From Escherichia coli (GTDB lineage Bacteria > Pseudomonadota > Gammaproteobacteria > Enterobacterales > Enterobacteriaceae), in the NCBI RefSeq assembly GCF_003334335.1, contig NZ_QOWQ01000009.1: a stretch of DNA of 64,000 nt. One strand, 5' to 3'. This document shows, one piece after another, positions 39,695 to 48,378 of this stretch. Position 1 is the first letter of the stretch, and each line of letters begins with the position of its first letter. The translations under genes and the position numbers were made by a program. Under the pieces are notes generated by a model. That model was given only the letters and a program-made list of their open reading frames with translations, was not told the DNA's origin and did not search any database.

Positions 39695-41772
39695 TCATCC
39701 TGTGGCTGGTAAATTGTCCCATTAAGAAAACCAGGCCAGTTTTTTTCAAACCAAATACCTCGGATAATAGGAAACTCACGAACAGGTGTTTCTCTGACGT
39801 GAAAGATACCGTTGCAATAATGAATAAGTAGTTTATCTTTTTTATCCTCAGTACGCTCTGAACGAAAGCGCCAGGCATCACAAAAACCATTTCGTGTTTG
39901 CGGAATAGAATTTCCATCCCTGTCGAGAATAATACGTGCTCCCCGACTACCACCACCTGCGTCAATATAATGCGTTAATTGCGTTAATACGGCGGCAGAA
40001 GTCAGTGCCATATGCCGCCACATAAACAGCTCGGCAACTTCACCCACATGTTTGATAGCCAATCCATGCCGTTGGACAAATTCGCTCAATAGCAGGGCAT
40101 CGCGAGTGGCGCGTCGGACTTTATCGGCATGGCAAATAAATCCCGCATGGTCAGACATTCGTGCCTGAATTTTTTCTCTCACAACCGACAACGGCATCCC
40201 GGTCCCGTTATCGTGCGCCTGAGTAATGATCTCTCTTATAGAAGCCAGTGTAGGAGCTACCAGCTGTGCTATATCTCCATCAATATTCCGCTTTTGCGTG
40301 CAACCAATAAAACGTGCCAGACGAACAGCAAAAACCTGCCCGGCATTCAATGCTGCACCACCAGGGCGAGTGACGCCGTGTGTGCCAGCAACTTCCCCCA
40401 CGGCGAAACAGCCGGGCAGGGAGGTTTGTCCCCAGATATCCACTTCAATGCCGCCATTCATATGCTGATTATTCATGGCAAACTGCAAAGGCTGTGTGGT
40501 GAGATCGTAACCGTGCATCTTATACAGCGAGATAGACAGCGGATTCATTCGTTGCAGCCGTTCGATGGGCGATGGTGCCAGAGCGTCGTTATTTTCCAGA
40601 TACGCGCGAACGTCGTCGTCCAGTCGATCTAATGAGAACGGCAGGTCACCCGGCACCGCTTCAGGATTGCGATTGAAATCCATAAATACCTGACGCCCTG
40701 ATTGCTGCTCTTGCGCTACTGCCATATCTAACAAGCTGGAGCCAAAATCCATCACCCGAGTGGCGTGGAACGGCCACTGATAGCCTTTACGGAAAATGTT
40801 TGAAGCCAGCTCCTGGGTGGTGCGATAGTAATCCGCGAGGAAGTTATACTCGTTACCCTCAGCATCCACGGAATAGATATACGGGATCACCTGTACATAG
40901 GTGCCGGATAAATTCCACGGAAACGTGCTACGCGGCGTGCCTATACCAAACTGGCTTTCGGTCAGATTGGTTAGCGTCAGGCCTTCCTCCAGCGCCAGCC
41001 CCAGCGAGCCAAAACATTTGTGTGGGTACACACTGTCGCGATAAAGCTCGCCAGGCCCTCCTGTTGCCAGTACCACATTGGGCGCAGTCACAATTGCCAG
41101 CCCCCAAGGGTTATGGGCGCGATGACCGGTCGCGAGGATTGCCCCCGCAACACGGTCTTCGCCGTTTTCGTCACGCTGATGCAGCAGTTTAATCACTGTT
41201 GCACTGGTCAACACTGGAATGGCGAGGCGCTGTACTTCTTCCAACAGCACTTTCACCATTAACCTTGAGGTACGCGGCCCACACGAGGTTGCACGCCCGG
41301 CTTCGTCATGGTCGGTTTGATAACGAAGAATCGCGCCATAGCGATCTTCCGGTAATTCCAGACCAAGATATTGCAACCCGCCAAGAGTGTGCAGAGAACC
41401 TACCGCTTCGACATAAGCGGTGTCGTGATCCATCGCCCCACCGCTCGCCAGTGCCTCTGCCAGTTTGGTGAAGTTGTCGCCGTTGCCCGCGGTAGCGGCG
41501 GTAAACAGTGTCTGTTTATCGGAACCAGAACATGCCGACGTCCCCATATATAACCCGGCGGTGGCGATCAGCACATTTTGCTGGCGGCGTTTAAGTTCCA
41601 CAGCTGCACGCAGCCCGGCTGCACCACTGCCGACTACCAGGGCATCTGTTTGCCAGAGTGGGTAATCAACACCGTCTACCGTGACAACCCATGCGGGCTC
41701 TGCCTGTGCAAAACCCTTTGGGAAAGTAACGTGCGTCAGCGCATCAAGGATGGTGTCATCAAGCTGACTCAT
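39691..41772 (-). CDS. FAD-dependent oxidoreductase, fumarate reductase/succinate dehydrogenase flavoprotein-like (693 aa)
   Basis: N-terminal dinucleotide-binding motif ALVVGSGAAGLRAAVEL; C-terminal FAD motif GCFAVGEVAGTHGVTRPGGAALNAGQVFAVRLARFI; no RSHT-type covalent-FAD His motif seen; ATGA overlaps on both sides. Confidence 0.75.
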   Translation of the reverse strand: MSQLDDTILDALTHVTFPKGFAQAEPAWVVTVDGVDYPLWQTDALVVGSGAAGLRAAVELKRRQQNVLIATAGLYMGTSACSGSDKQTLFTAATAGNGDNFTKLAEALASGGAMDHDTAYVEAVGSLHTLGGLQYLGLELPEDRYGAILRYQTDHDEAGRATSCGPRTSRLMVKVLLEEVQRLAIPVLTSATVIKLLHQRDENGEDRVAGAILATGHRAHNPWGLAIVTAPNVVLATGGPGELYRDSVYPHKCFGSLGLALEEGLTLTNLTESQFGIGTPRSTFPWNLSGTYVQVIPYIYSVDAEGNEYNFLADYYRTTQELASNIFRKGYQWPFHATRVMDFGSSLLDMAVAQEQQSGRQVFMDFNRNPEAVPGDLPFSLDRLDDDVRAYLENNDALAPSPIERLQRMNPLSISLYKMHGYDLTTQPLQFAMNNQHMNGGIEVDIWGQTSLPGCFAVGEVAGTHGVTRPGGAALNAGQVFAVRLARFIGCTQKRNIDGDIAQLVAPTLASIREIITQAHDNGTGMPLSVVREKIQARMSDHAGFICHADKVRRATRDALLLSEFVQRHGLAIKHVGEVAELFMWRHMALTSAAVLTQLTHYIDAGGGSRGARIILDRDGNSIPQTRNGFCDAWRFRSERTEDKKDKLLIHYCNGIFHVRETPVREFPIIRGIWFEKNWPGFLNGTIYQPQDE

Positions 41773-43310
41773 GCATCCTCCATCGGCGTAAACAGGCTAC
41801 TTTCCATCAGGCGTGGGTGCTTGATAATTGGACGGAAAGCCATATACGGCAGAATGTCGCGCTCAATCTCCACACCCGGCGCGATTTCAATTAATTCAAC
41901 GCCTTCTGCCGTTAACTGGAATACTGCGCGTTCAGTGATATACAACACTTCCTGACCACTTTGCTGTGCGTAGGCGGCGCTAAAAGTGATTTTTTCCACC
42001 TTGGTAACCAGTTTAGGGATTTGACCTGACTGGGCGATATGCAAGCCATCTGGTGTTATATCGATCTTGCTGCCTTTAGCGTCGAACGTGCCGCAGAACA
42101 CCACTTTACGGGCATTTTGCGCAATTTCGAGAAATCCGCCGGGGCCAATCAGATTGCCATTGAGATGGGAGACGTTGACGTTACCGTACTGATCCATCTC
42201 TCCCATGCCGAGGAAGGTGATATCGATCCCTCCGCCACTGTAGAACTCAAATTGATCGAGTGATGGAATAATGGCATCGGCGTTGCGGGCGCAGCCGAAA
42301 AACGCATCATCCAGCATCATGCCGTTATGTACGCCTTGCTCGACGCTCAGCCATAAACTTTGGTAAGGAACGCCTTCGCGCAGCGCTACTCCTGGAATGC
42401 CGCCGGGAATACCAAAGCCAAAGTTGGTTGAAGCGCCAGCTACCAGTTCGCGTGCTGCCCGACGGGCAATCAGGCGACGTACCGGATGACTAACCAGTTC
42501 AATAGCGTCGTTAGAACTCAGACGGCGATGTTGGCCGCTGATGGTCAGGTCGTAACCGCCAAGATAGGTTTGTGGTTGTTCGCGGTGTTCAACGATGCCA
42601 TCAACCAGAATGCCCGGTAATTTGACCCGGCGTGGTTCAATCGCGCCAGCTTCCAGCACATCGCGTACCTGTACGAACACTTTGCCGCCGCTGTTGTGTG
42701 CTGCCAGCGCCATGGAATAGCTATCCATATCAATCGCTTCTTCTTCAAGGCTGACGTTGCCTCGAGGATCGGCATAAGTGCCACGCAAAATCGCGTAATC
42801 CACTTTGAAAGGGCGATAACGAAGTTTGGTTTCACCGTCGATTTCAATCAGTTCTACCAGCTCGTCGGTAGTGCATTCATTCGACTTACCGCCGCCATTG
42901 CGTGGATCAACAAACGATCCCAGCCCAACGTGGGTAAAAAGCCCCGGACGTCCGGCGCCGATCTCCCGTAGCAGTGCCTGAATCACGCCACCAGGAAAGC
43001 AGTAGGCTTCAATCGTGTTATTTTTTACCAGCGCCTGCATTTTGGGCGACCAGGTAAAGTGCCCGGCAATAATGCGTTTGAGCATCTCTGCGTGCGCAAA
43101 ACGATTAGTGCCTTTGCAGTCGCGATCGCCAATACCCAGCGAGTGGATTAGCGTCAGGTCGCGAGGGTGTCCGGTTTGCAGGAAACGCGCTTCAATAGCA
43201 GCCAGAATATGGTCGGCTTCCACCATACCGCCGCCGTTACCGCTAATAGCAATAGTCGCACCGTCCTGAATTTGCGCCGCCAGTGCCTCGGCGGTTGTTA
43301 TCTTACGCAT
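41769..43310 (-). CDS. family-I CoA-transferase, fused alpha/beta subunits (YdiF / propionate-CoA-transferase-like)
   Basis: 513 aa; GNGGG-containing N-terminus (ATIAISGNGGGMVEADHILAAI) and overall layout of fused 3-oxoacid/acetate CoA-transferases; family call from memory of fold. Confidence 0.7.
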   Translation of the reverse strand: MRKITTAEALAAQIQDGATIAISGNGGGMVEADHILAAIEARFLQTGHPRDLTLIHSLGIGDRDCKGTNRFAHAEMLKRIIAGHFTWSPKMQALVKNNTIEAYCFPGGVIQALLREIGAGRPGLFTHVGLGSFVDPRNGGGKSNECTTDELVELIEIDGETKLRYRPFKVDYAILRGTYADPRGNVSLEEEAIDMDSYSMALAAHNSGGKVFVQVRDVLEAGAIEPRRVKLPGILVDGIVEHREQPQTYLGGYDLTISGQHRRLSSNDAIELVSHPVRRLIARRAARELVAGASTNFGFGIPGGIPGVALREGVPYQSLWLSVEQGVHNGMMLDDAFFGCARNADAIIPSLDQFEFYSGGGIDITFLGMGEMDQYGNVNVSHLNGNLIGPGGFLEIAQNARKVVFCGTFDAKGSKIDITPDGLHIAQSGQIPKLVTKVEKITFSAAYAQQSGQEVLYITERAVFQLTAEGVELIEIAPGVEIERDILPYMAFRPIIKHPRLMESSLFTPMEDA

Positions 43311-43319
43311 ACAATTTCC

Positions 43320-44102
43320 TTATTGATTATGGAAGCTCACGCTACTTTTTTCGGCAAAGGCGCGCGTCGCCTGCTGGCAATCCTGAGTGGCAGACATTAA
43401 TCCGGCCAGTAGCTGGTGCGGGTAATCGGCATGTTTATTTTCCAGTGCCAGAATCAGTTGCTTAATATGCGCCAGTGCCACCGGGCCGCATTTTTCCAGC
43501 TGCGCTAACTGGTTCGCCATCCAGCTTTCCACCTGTTCTTTTTCTACCACTTCATCAATTAAATTCGCCGCCTGGGCTTCCTGCGCCGTCAGGCGTTTAC
43601 CCAGCATCAGCATCTGGCGACCGACCACCGGACCAACCTGATTAAGCACACGTTCAATGCCCATCCAGCCAGGCACCATGCCGAGCATCACTTCCGGGTT
43701 AGAGAATTTCGCGCCGGGGCGGGCAATACGAATATCGCAGCACAAGGCCAGTTCAATACCACCGCCGATGGTATGACCGTTGAGATTCGCAACGGTTAAT
43801 TGGGGTAAGTTTCGCAGGCGATTAAAAACGTCATTACCGCGTTTAATCCATTTTCTGCCCATATCTAATGGCGAATAGGCCGACCACGATTTAATATCGC
43901 CGCCCGCACAAAAGAATTTATCGCCGGTTGCCGTTAATTCGACTAATCGTAATGTGGTGTCGTTTTCAATTTCATTTAAATAATGGTCGAGAGATTCGAT
44001 CATCTCTTCGTTAATAGCATGACATTTATCTTCACGGTTCAATGTCAGGCGGCAGGAAGCCGCCGCTCTGCTGAACAGAACGGGTTGGTCACTCATGATC
44101 AT
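43320..44102 (-). CDS. enoyl-CoA hydratase/isomerase (crotonase fold)
   Basis: 260 aa; oxyanion-hole motif FCAGGDIK, catalytic Glu motifs GGGIELALCCDIRIA and FSNPEVMLGMVPGWMG. Confidence 0.8.
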   Translation of the reverse strand: MIMSDQPVLFSRAAASCRLTLNREDKCHAINEEMIESLDHYLNEIENDTTLRLVELTATGDKFFCAGGDIKSWSAYSPLDMGRKWIKRGNDVFNRLRNLPQLTVANLNGHTIGGGIELALCCDIRIARPGAKFSNPEVMLGMVPGWMGIERVLNQVGPVVGRQMLMLGKRLTAQEAQAANLIDEVVEKEQVESWMANQLAQLEKCGPVALAHIKQLILALENKHADYPHQLLAGLMSATQDCQQATRAFAEKSSVSFHNQ

Positions 44103-44105
44103 TCC

Positions 44106-44948
44106 TTAACAATAATGCGCGATGCGATCGACGCTAATATCCAGCGTGCTGTTAATATCTTTTTGCCACCAGTACGGCGAGAATATTTCCAGTTCAATAG
44201 CGCCATTAAATCCGGCGTTTTCAACCAGCCGACGAATTGACGGAATATTGATGACGCCATCTCCCGGCATACCACGGTCATTGACCAGATCAGTGGTCGG
44301 CACTAACCAGTCGGAAACATGAAACGCGAGGATGCGTTTTCCGGCACGCAGGATCTGACTGGCGAGATCCGGATCCCACCAGACGTGATAAACATCCACC
44401 GCCACGCCGAGGCCAAACTCACCATCGGGATCGAGTTCATCACACCAGTCCAGCGCCTGGCGTAACGTGCACAGGCAAGAGCGATCGGCAGCTGTCATCG
44501 GGTGCAGTGGCTCCAGCGCAATTGGCACGCCGACATCTTTCGAATGTGGCAGCAACTGGCGAATCCCTTGTTTCACTTGTTCTCGCGCTTCATATAGATC
44601 TTTAGTGCCCGTTGGCAGACCGCCAACCACCTGCATATAACAGGCGGCGTTAAGCACCGCTGCGTCGTCCAGCGCCCGGCGGTTATCATCAATCGCCAGT
44701 TTGCGTTCCGCCAGTGTCGGCGCGGTGTAGTAAGTGCTACGGCACAAACCGGAAACGCTCATGTTACTGGCGGCAAGCTGGTGGGCGATTTGCTGGAGAT
44801 CTTCACCTTGCAACTCCCTGCGCCAGGGAGCAATCGCGCCAATACCACGCGCGGCGCAGGCATCAATAATGGCGGGTAGCGGCGTTTTATAGCCCAGTGT
44901 TGCGGTATTGATACTGAATAAATCCGGGCGTTGTAACAGATCTCTCAT
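44106..44948 (-). CDS. sugar-phosphate isomerase/epimerase, xylose-isomerase-like TIM barrel
   Basis: 280 aa; conserved metal-ligand pattern of the family (IALEPLHP, DVYHVWWD, AIELEIF); the same fold as UlaE in this window but clearly a different sequence. Confidence 0.7.
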   Translation of the reverse strand: MRDLLQRPDLFSINTATLGYKTPLPAIIDACAARGIGAIAPWRRELQGEDLQQIAHQLAASNMSVSGLCRSTYYTAPTLAERKLAIDDNRRALDDAAVLNAACYMQVVGGLPTGTKDLYEAREQVKQGIRQLLPHSKDVGVPIALEPLHPMTAADRSCLCTLRQALDWCDELDPDGEFGLGVAVDVYHVWWDPDLASQILRAGKRILAFHVSDWLVPTTDLVNDRGMPGDGVINIPSIRRLVENAGFNGAIELEIFSPYWWQKDINSTLDISVDRIAHYC

Positions 44949-44957
44949 GATTCAGCC

Positions 44958-45749
44958 TCAGAAGCGCGGCATACTTAAGCCGCCGTCGATGGCGACCGCC
45001 TGACCACAGGTGTAAATCAGTTTACCTTCCGCCATCGCGCGGACAGTGGAAGCAATATCAGCCGGATAACCCCAACGTCCCCACGGCACCAGACCTTTGG
45101 CAATCAGTTCGTCGTAATAAGCCGTTGCCGGAATAGTCATATCAGTTTTGATGAGACCTGGGCGCACTTCATAAACGCCAATTTGTTCATTACAAAGGCG
45201 AGCTGCAAATAGACGAGCAGCGGCAGAAACGGCGGTTTTGGCAATGGTGTATTCGCCGCGATTCATCGCCAGCATGATGGCGTTGATGGAACTGACGAAA
45301 ATAATCGAGCGGTGCGGCAGTTCCGCTTCCGGTTTCGGCTGTGCCAGTAAACGCTTACTGAATGCCTGAGCAAGGAAGAACGGCGCGCGGGTGTTAATGG
45401 CAATGTTTTGATCGAAGCTGTCTGGTTCGAGGTCGAGGAGGTCACCGCGTTTTTTCACTGAAATGCCTGCGTTGTTGAGCAGGCAGTCCAGACGTCCCCA
45501 CAGGTTTTGCGCCGCGTCGAGCATCTCTTCATGCAAGGAGAGATCGCCGACATCGGCAGGGAAGCAAATCACTTCCACGCCTTCAGCTATACATTCTTGT
45601 TGTGTGATATGCAGTTTTTCTACGCTGTCGGCATCGGGAAGATCGTTAATCAGCAGGTTAAATCCGCCACGAGCAAGCTCCAGCGCACAGCCCTTTCCAA
45701 TACCACGAGCGGCTCCGGTAATCACGGCAACAGGACGAGTGGATTTCAT
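44958..45749 (-). CDS. short-chain dehydrogenase/reductase (SDR), first gene of accessory operon
   Basis: TGAARGIGKG cofactor motif, NNAG, catalytic YTIAK; ORF track begins at a TTG (45791); first ATG at 45749 gives the usual spacing before the Gly motif. Confidence 0.85.
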   Translation of the reverse strand: MKSTRPVAVITGAARGIGKGCALELARGGFNLLINDLPDADSVEKLHITQQECIAEGVEVICFPADVGDLSLHEEMLDAAQNLWGRLDCLLNNAGISVKKRGDLLDLEPDSFDQNIAINTRAPFFLAQAFSKRLLAQPKPEAELPHRSIIFVSSINAIMLAMNRGEYTIAKTAVSAAARLFAARLCNEQIGVYEVRPGLIKTDMTIPATAYYDELIAKGLVPWGRWGYPADIASTVRAMAEGKLIYTCGQAVAIDGGLSMPRF

Positions 45750-45795
45750 ACAATAGCTCTCTTTTTTTGAATATTGTTTTCTAAGTGACAATTAG

Positions 45796-45839
45796 CTTGC
45801 GACGTGCCGCAAGAAAGATCAACCATCTGGTTGGTTGAT
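45796..45839. promoter_or_regulatory. two adjacent palindromes in the divergent control region between the accessory operon and its TetR gene (candidate operators)
   Basis: CTTGCG-ACGTGC-CGCAAG (45796-45813) and ATCAACCA-TCTGGT-TGGTTGAT (45818-45839, with nested AACCA-TC-TGGTT); read directly. Confidence 0.5.
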
Positions 45840-45961
45840 ATGCGATAGTGATCACAGGACATTTGATAACTTGATGAAAGTACAAGTTTTTATCCTTTTT
45901 ACTGGAGCTTCTAATTAATCGGGTTAAGATAGTTATCTTGAAGAGGTCGTGGGGAAGCGTT

Positions 45962-46609
45962 ATGTATCTTGATACCAGCAACGTACAGAGCCTGAAGGAA
46001 AAGCTGCTGTTATGCGCGGTTAATGAATTTGCCGAATATGGTTATGAAGGGGCCAGGGTCGATAATATTGTTAAGGCTGCGGGGTGTAGTAAACAGACGG
46101 TTTATCATCACTTTGGTAATAAAGAAAATTTATTTATTGAAGTACTGGAATATACCTGGAACGATATTCGACAAAAAGAAAAGGCCCTTGATTTCTCAGA
46201 TCTTCCGCCACAAAAAGCCATTGAGAAAATTATTGATTTTACATGGGATTATTATATTGCTAATCCCTGGTTTTTAAAAATTGTGCATAGTGAAAATCAA
46301 AGTAAAGGTGTGCATTATGCAAAATCACAGCGTCTCTTAGAAATTAACCATGCGCACTTGCAGTTAATGGAATCCTTATTGGATGAAGGGAAGAAACACA
46401 ATATTTTTAAGCCAGATATCGACCCATTGCAGGTGAATATTAATATTGCTGCGCTTGGCGGATATTATTTGATCAACCAGCATACGCTTGGCCTGGTTTA
46501 TCATATCAGTATGGTTTCCCCCCAGGCACTGGAAGCCAGACGTAAGGTCATCAAAGAGACAATCCTTAGCTGGCTTTTGGTTGACCCTTCATCTACCGCG
46601 CACGAATAA
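45962..46609 (+). CDS. TetR-family transcriptional regulator
   Basis: N-terminal [47 protein letters not shown]; ORF track start 45938 is TTG, first ATG at 45962; 3' end overlaps ytfB 3' end by 17 nt. Confidence 0.8.
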
Positions 46610-47231
46610 AACTGCCATCCGGCTGGCGGGTGAACAGGACCTGTTGATTATTCCCCGTATCAATGGTTAAGCCCGTCACCACGCCGCTGGCGTTCTGGCG
46701 GATTTTCACCATTTGCCCGTTTTGCAAATTACTCAGCGGCTTACCCGCGCCTTCTACCTGCGCCATTGCATAGACATCGGTAGCGGGCAGTCCGTGGTCG
46801 CGGAACAGCTGCGCCATCGTTTTACCGGGTTCGACACGGTAAGAGCGCCATTGATTATCAATTCCGCTATCTGGCTGGAATGGTTGTGTTTGGGTAGTTT
46901 GCGGCTGTTCTTCTGGCTGGCCTTCCTGTATAGGTTCTGGAGCGACCGGAGCCACCTGATCAGGATCATTTTGTGGTGTGACTAATTGCGCCCGCAGCTG
47001 TTCTTCTGTCGGCGGTTGTGATTGCGACTGAATATCTAACTGCGCTTCACGCGTCACCACCGGCGCGTTGGGCGTATCATCAGATGGAAGCAGAAATCCG
47101 ACCACCAATATAATGGCGGCAATAATGATCCCCCGACGATGCATCGGCGGCAGCGGGTCCATGAAGCGAAAATTGTCCGGCGCGTGCCAGACTTTCTCCA
47201 GGGTTGGTTTTAGTTCAAAGCGCCCGGGCAT
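46593..47231 (-). CDS. ytfB: cell-division protein YtfB (OapA/LysM-like)
   Basis: ORF 46593..47267; start set to ATG 47231 (212 aa, [46 protein letters not shown]). Confidence 0.88.
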
Positions 47232-47449
47232 GGTTTCCTCCTGCTCCGCGTCTTGTTCCTCAATCATAGCCTATGAATAAGCTAACGCTATGATGTCCGT
47301 GGTAAACCCGCCTTTATTATATTCATACGGGATATTGCTATTGTTTCTTTTTCCCCGGGATTTGTCATCATTCCTGCGACAAAGTTTTACCCAAAGAAGT
47401 GTGGCTGATATGCTGCCCGCTACTTTTATACCCTAAGAAAGGAAATACG

Positions 47450-48070
47450 ATGACCACCCCAACTTTTGACACCATCGAAGCGCAAGCAAGCTACGGCATT
47501 GGTTTACAGGTAGGCCAACAACTGAGTGAATCTGGCCTGCAAGGGCTGCTGCCGGAGGCGCTGGTGGCTGGTATTGCAGATGCGCTGGAAGGCAAACATC
47601 CGGCTGTTCCGGTTGATGTGGTGCATCGCGCGCTGCGTGAAATCCACGAACGCGCCGATGCCGTTCGTCGTCAGCGTTTCCAGGCGATGGCTGCCGAAGG
47701 TGTGAAATATCTTGAAGAAAATGCCAAAAAAGAAGGTGTGAACAGCACCGAATCTGGCCTGCAATTCCGCGTGATCAACCAGGGTGAAGGCGCAATTCCG
47801 GCACGTACTGACCGCGTTCGTGTTCATTACACCGGTAAACTGATCGACGGCACCGTGTTTGACAGCTCCGTTGCTCGTGGTGAACCCGCTGAATTCCCGG
47901 TTAATGGCGTGATCCCTGGCTGGATTGAAGCACTGACTCTGATGCCGGTAGGTTCTAAATGGGAACTGACTATCCCGCAGGAACTGGCATATGGCGAGCG
48001 CGGCGCAGGCGCATCCATCCCTCCGTTCAGCACCCTGGTGTTTGAAGTCGAACTGCTGGAAATCCTCTAA
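47450..48070 (+). CDS. fklB: FKBP-type peptidyl-prolyl cis-trans isomerase
   Basis: ORF 47399..48070; start set to ATG 47450 (206 aa, [25 protein letters not shown]); FKBP domain at C-terminus. Confidence 0.93.
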   Translation: MTTPTFDTIEAQASYGIGLQVGQQLSESGLQGLLPEALVAGIADALEGKHPAVPVDVVHRALREIHERADAVRRQRFQAMAAEGVKYLEENAKKEGVNSTESGLQFRVINQGEGAIPARTDRVRVHYTGKLIDGTVFDSSVARGEPAEFPVNGVIPGWIEALTLMPVGSKWELTIPQELAYGERGAGASIPPFSTLVFEVELLEIL

Positions 48071-48378
48071 GCAGCGCATTCTGTTCCCCTCGAACCAGAG
48101 GGGAGCAGGCATTCAGCAATAAACCCTTCAGTTTGCCAAACGGCGCTATTTTGTGTTGCAAAGACCCCGTAAGCGTGTATTTTTGTGAGCTGTTTCGCGT
48201 TATCACCGTGATATGACACTCACTTTAAACATAAAATTAACATTAGATCTAAATCTTAGTATTCATCCCGCGTATTGTTACCTAATATCGATGAGTCCCG
48301 ATACAGATTCGTCGTATCATAGACTGACTAAAGGCCGTAGAGCCTGAACAACACAGACAGGTACAGGAAGAAAAAAAC

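Noticed and set aside
45750-45791. N-terminal extension of the SDR gene (ORF-track start at 45791)
   Set aside because: The 45791 codon is TTG and the extension (SLRKQYSKKESYC) has no SD; the ATG at 45749 gives normal spacing before the TGxxxGIG motif. The extension would also swallow part of the candidate operator region.
47399-47449. N-terminal extension of fklB ([17 protein letters not shown])
   Set aside because: The ATG at 47450 is preceded by an AGGAAA SD and gives the expected 206-aa FklB; the extension is likely non-coding.
48071-48378. Hairpin CCCCTC-GAACCA-GAGGGG after fklB as a terminator, and possible sRNA in the long fklB-cycA spacer
   Set aside because: The hairpin lacks a following U-run; the spacer is more simply the cycA promoter and long 5' UTR, and I cannot support an independent RNA gene from sequence alone.
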